Below, piece by piece: positions 62,714 to 64,000 of a stretch of 64,000 nucleotides of DNA. Position 1 is the stretch's first letter; each line of letters opens with the position of its first letter. The notes beneath the pieces were generated by a model. It was not told the DNA's origin and ran no database searches. It saw nothing but the letters and a program-made list of their open reading frames with translations. Origin of the DNA: Haliotis rubra. Taxonomy: Eukaryota. The position numbers were made by a program, and so were the translations under genes. The DNA lies in assembly GCF_003918875.1 (NCBI RefSeq), contig NW_025766114.1, positions 1,426,001-1,490,000 on the forward strand. Direction: 5' to 3'.

Positions 62714-62867
62714 TACTCATGGAAACGAATAGGGGAACACATGGAAGTAAAAGTGTTCCTTTTCCAGGTTCCTTCACAAGGTATGTATTGCACTGTGTTT
62801 GGAAATCTGAAAATAAATAAAAGAACACTTGTACTTTCATGTGTTCCCTATTTCGTTTCCGTGAGTA
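62714..62867. mobile_element. Tc1/mariner-type MITE (154 bp)
   Basis: ~45-bp TIR TACTCA(T/C)GGAAACGAA..GGGAACACATG.AAGTA.AAGTGTTC; TA on both sides. Confidence 0.87.
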
Positions 62868-63172
62868 TATTACATACATGTATGTGTAAGTATAGGTTAA
62901 TCACACTTACAAGGTATTTGTTTAAATTTGAATAACTACCGTAGTGAGGGTGATTAAACGGCTTACACCACGAGGGCATACTTATTTAATACGCGTGGAA
63001 TGTATTAGGCATGATGAAGATTATCAAAATGAGTATGTTTTTATTGTTTTTAAATAGAAATAATTGCCCAAGGGCAGTTATTCAGTTATGCTAATAAAAC
63101 ACTTCCGAGAACAATGGACATAACTTTCCCTAGTGGTTTAACTCAGATAAACTCACAAGCCCACAAGGCAAC

Positions 63173-63280
63173 TATCGTATATGACTGTAGATAAGCCGAA
63201 TTTTGAGGACCTACAGGCGGCCTGTAGATTTTGATCGGCTTACCTACAGGTTACACTTTCGTCAAACTTTTTCTGGTGGG
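63173..63280 (-). mobile_element. pogo-like element end (same family as 21145-21258)
   Basis: The reverse complement CACCAGAAAAAGTTTGACGAAAGTG...CAAAATTCGGCTTATCTAC matches 21145-21258. Confidence 0.7.
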
Positions 63281-64000
63281 AAGACATCTACATCGAATCA
63301 CTTCATGTGGAGGAACAAGAGGAAACGACTTTTTTCAGCAGGCTCTCAATAACATATGCCAACTGTCAAAAGGACCATCAGATATCAGTGTTCTCTTATT
63401 CTGGCAGCTTTGAGCATACAGTCTAATGTATTTGTCTCCGTGTGTAATATCATACACACATTCCATAGGGACTTTCACCATTAGCATGATAGATGTTTGT
63501 AAGCGTCATGTAAGAGGTAAAAGTCACCTCTGTATCTGTTTTTTTAAGGTCTCATGTCTTTGAAGTGGTGACTGTCTGATAAAATGACATGCACTCTGCT
63601 ATCTCGGACATACCCACCTTCACAAACCCACGAGAAAGATAACGTCAGTATTTCTATGTAAGTACAGCCACAGTGGCTGAATCACGTTCTCATACATAAA
63701 TATCAGCATGATTTTAGAACCTCTTTTTTGTATTGTTACGTTGTCATACAAGACTATGCAATTCAAATTTATGTTTTAGACTGACCTTTCGATGTTTAAA
63801 TTGCAGATATTCAACAATGTTGTCTTTGCAAAACACATTTCTTCAAGTCTTTGTCTAGAATTTTTCAACTAAAATGTCAAACTATTAATATTTGTTTTCC
63901 TTGGAAATCTACAGCACAAAAAGTATCTACTTTGTCAGCTTCACGGATGCATGTATAATCTTATTGATGCATTGGAAAATAAAAATACTTTTTTAAAAGG

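Overview
Repeat-rich animal (eukaryotic) genomic DNA with no host protein-coding exon that I can support; it is probably intronic or intergenic. The SINE set points to a mollusc, most likely a gastropod such as abalone (Haliotis); this is inferred from recalled family similarity, not from a search. Contents: (1) at least six SINE-like families. A has a tRNA-Asp-like head (~23 copies). B has no tRNA head, starts with a predicted 5' pseudoknot and shares A's tail. C is a tRNA + Meta/MESC-type SINE. D has a tRNA-Leu/Ser-like head. E is Nin/CORE-like with an L2 tail. F is 5S rRNA-derived with an L2 tail. Many copies keep 10-15 bp target-site duplications (TSDs). (2) Eleven tandem arrays (units 82, 34, 37, ~20, complex, 20, 53, 64, 36, 87 and 39/44 bp), which produce all the long ORFs. 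(3) Several MITEs (Kolobok-type TTAA, Tc1/mariner-type TA, and a Harbinger-type CAG element inside a SINE). (4) An L2 LINE 3' end and several heavily decayed Penelope-like fragments. (5) Three assembly gaps. The most interesting signals are the headless, pseudoknot-initiated family B, the 5S-derived family F, satellites born from SINE or Penelope sequence, a 5'-inverted SINE, a near-perfect hairpin MITE and a hammerhead-like motif in the 87-bp satellite. Coordinates of degenerate copies are approximate; all calls are by eye.
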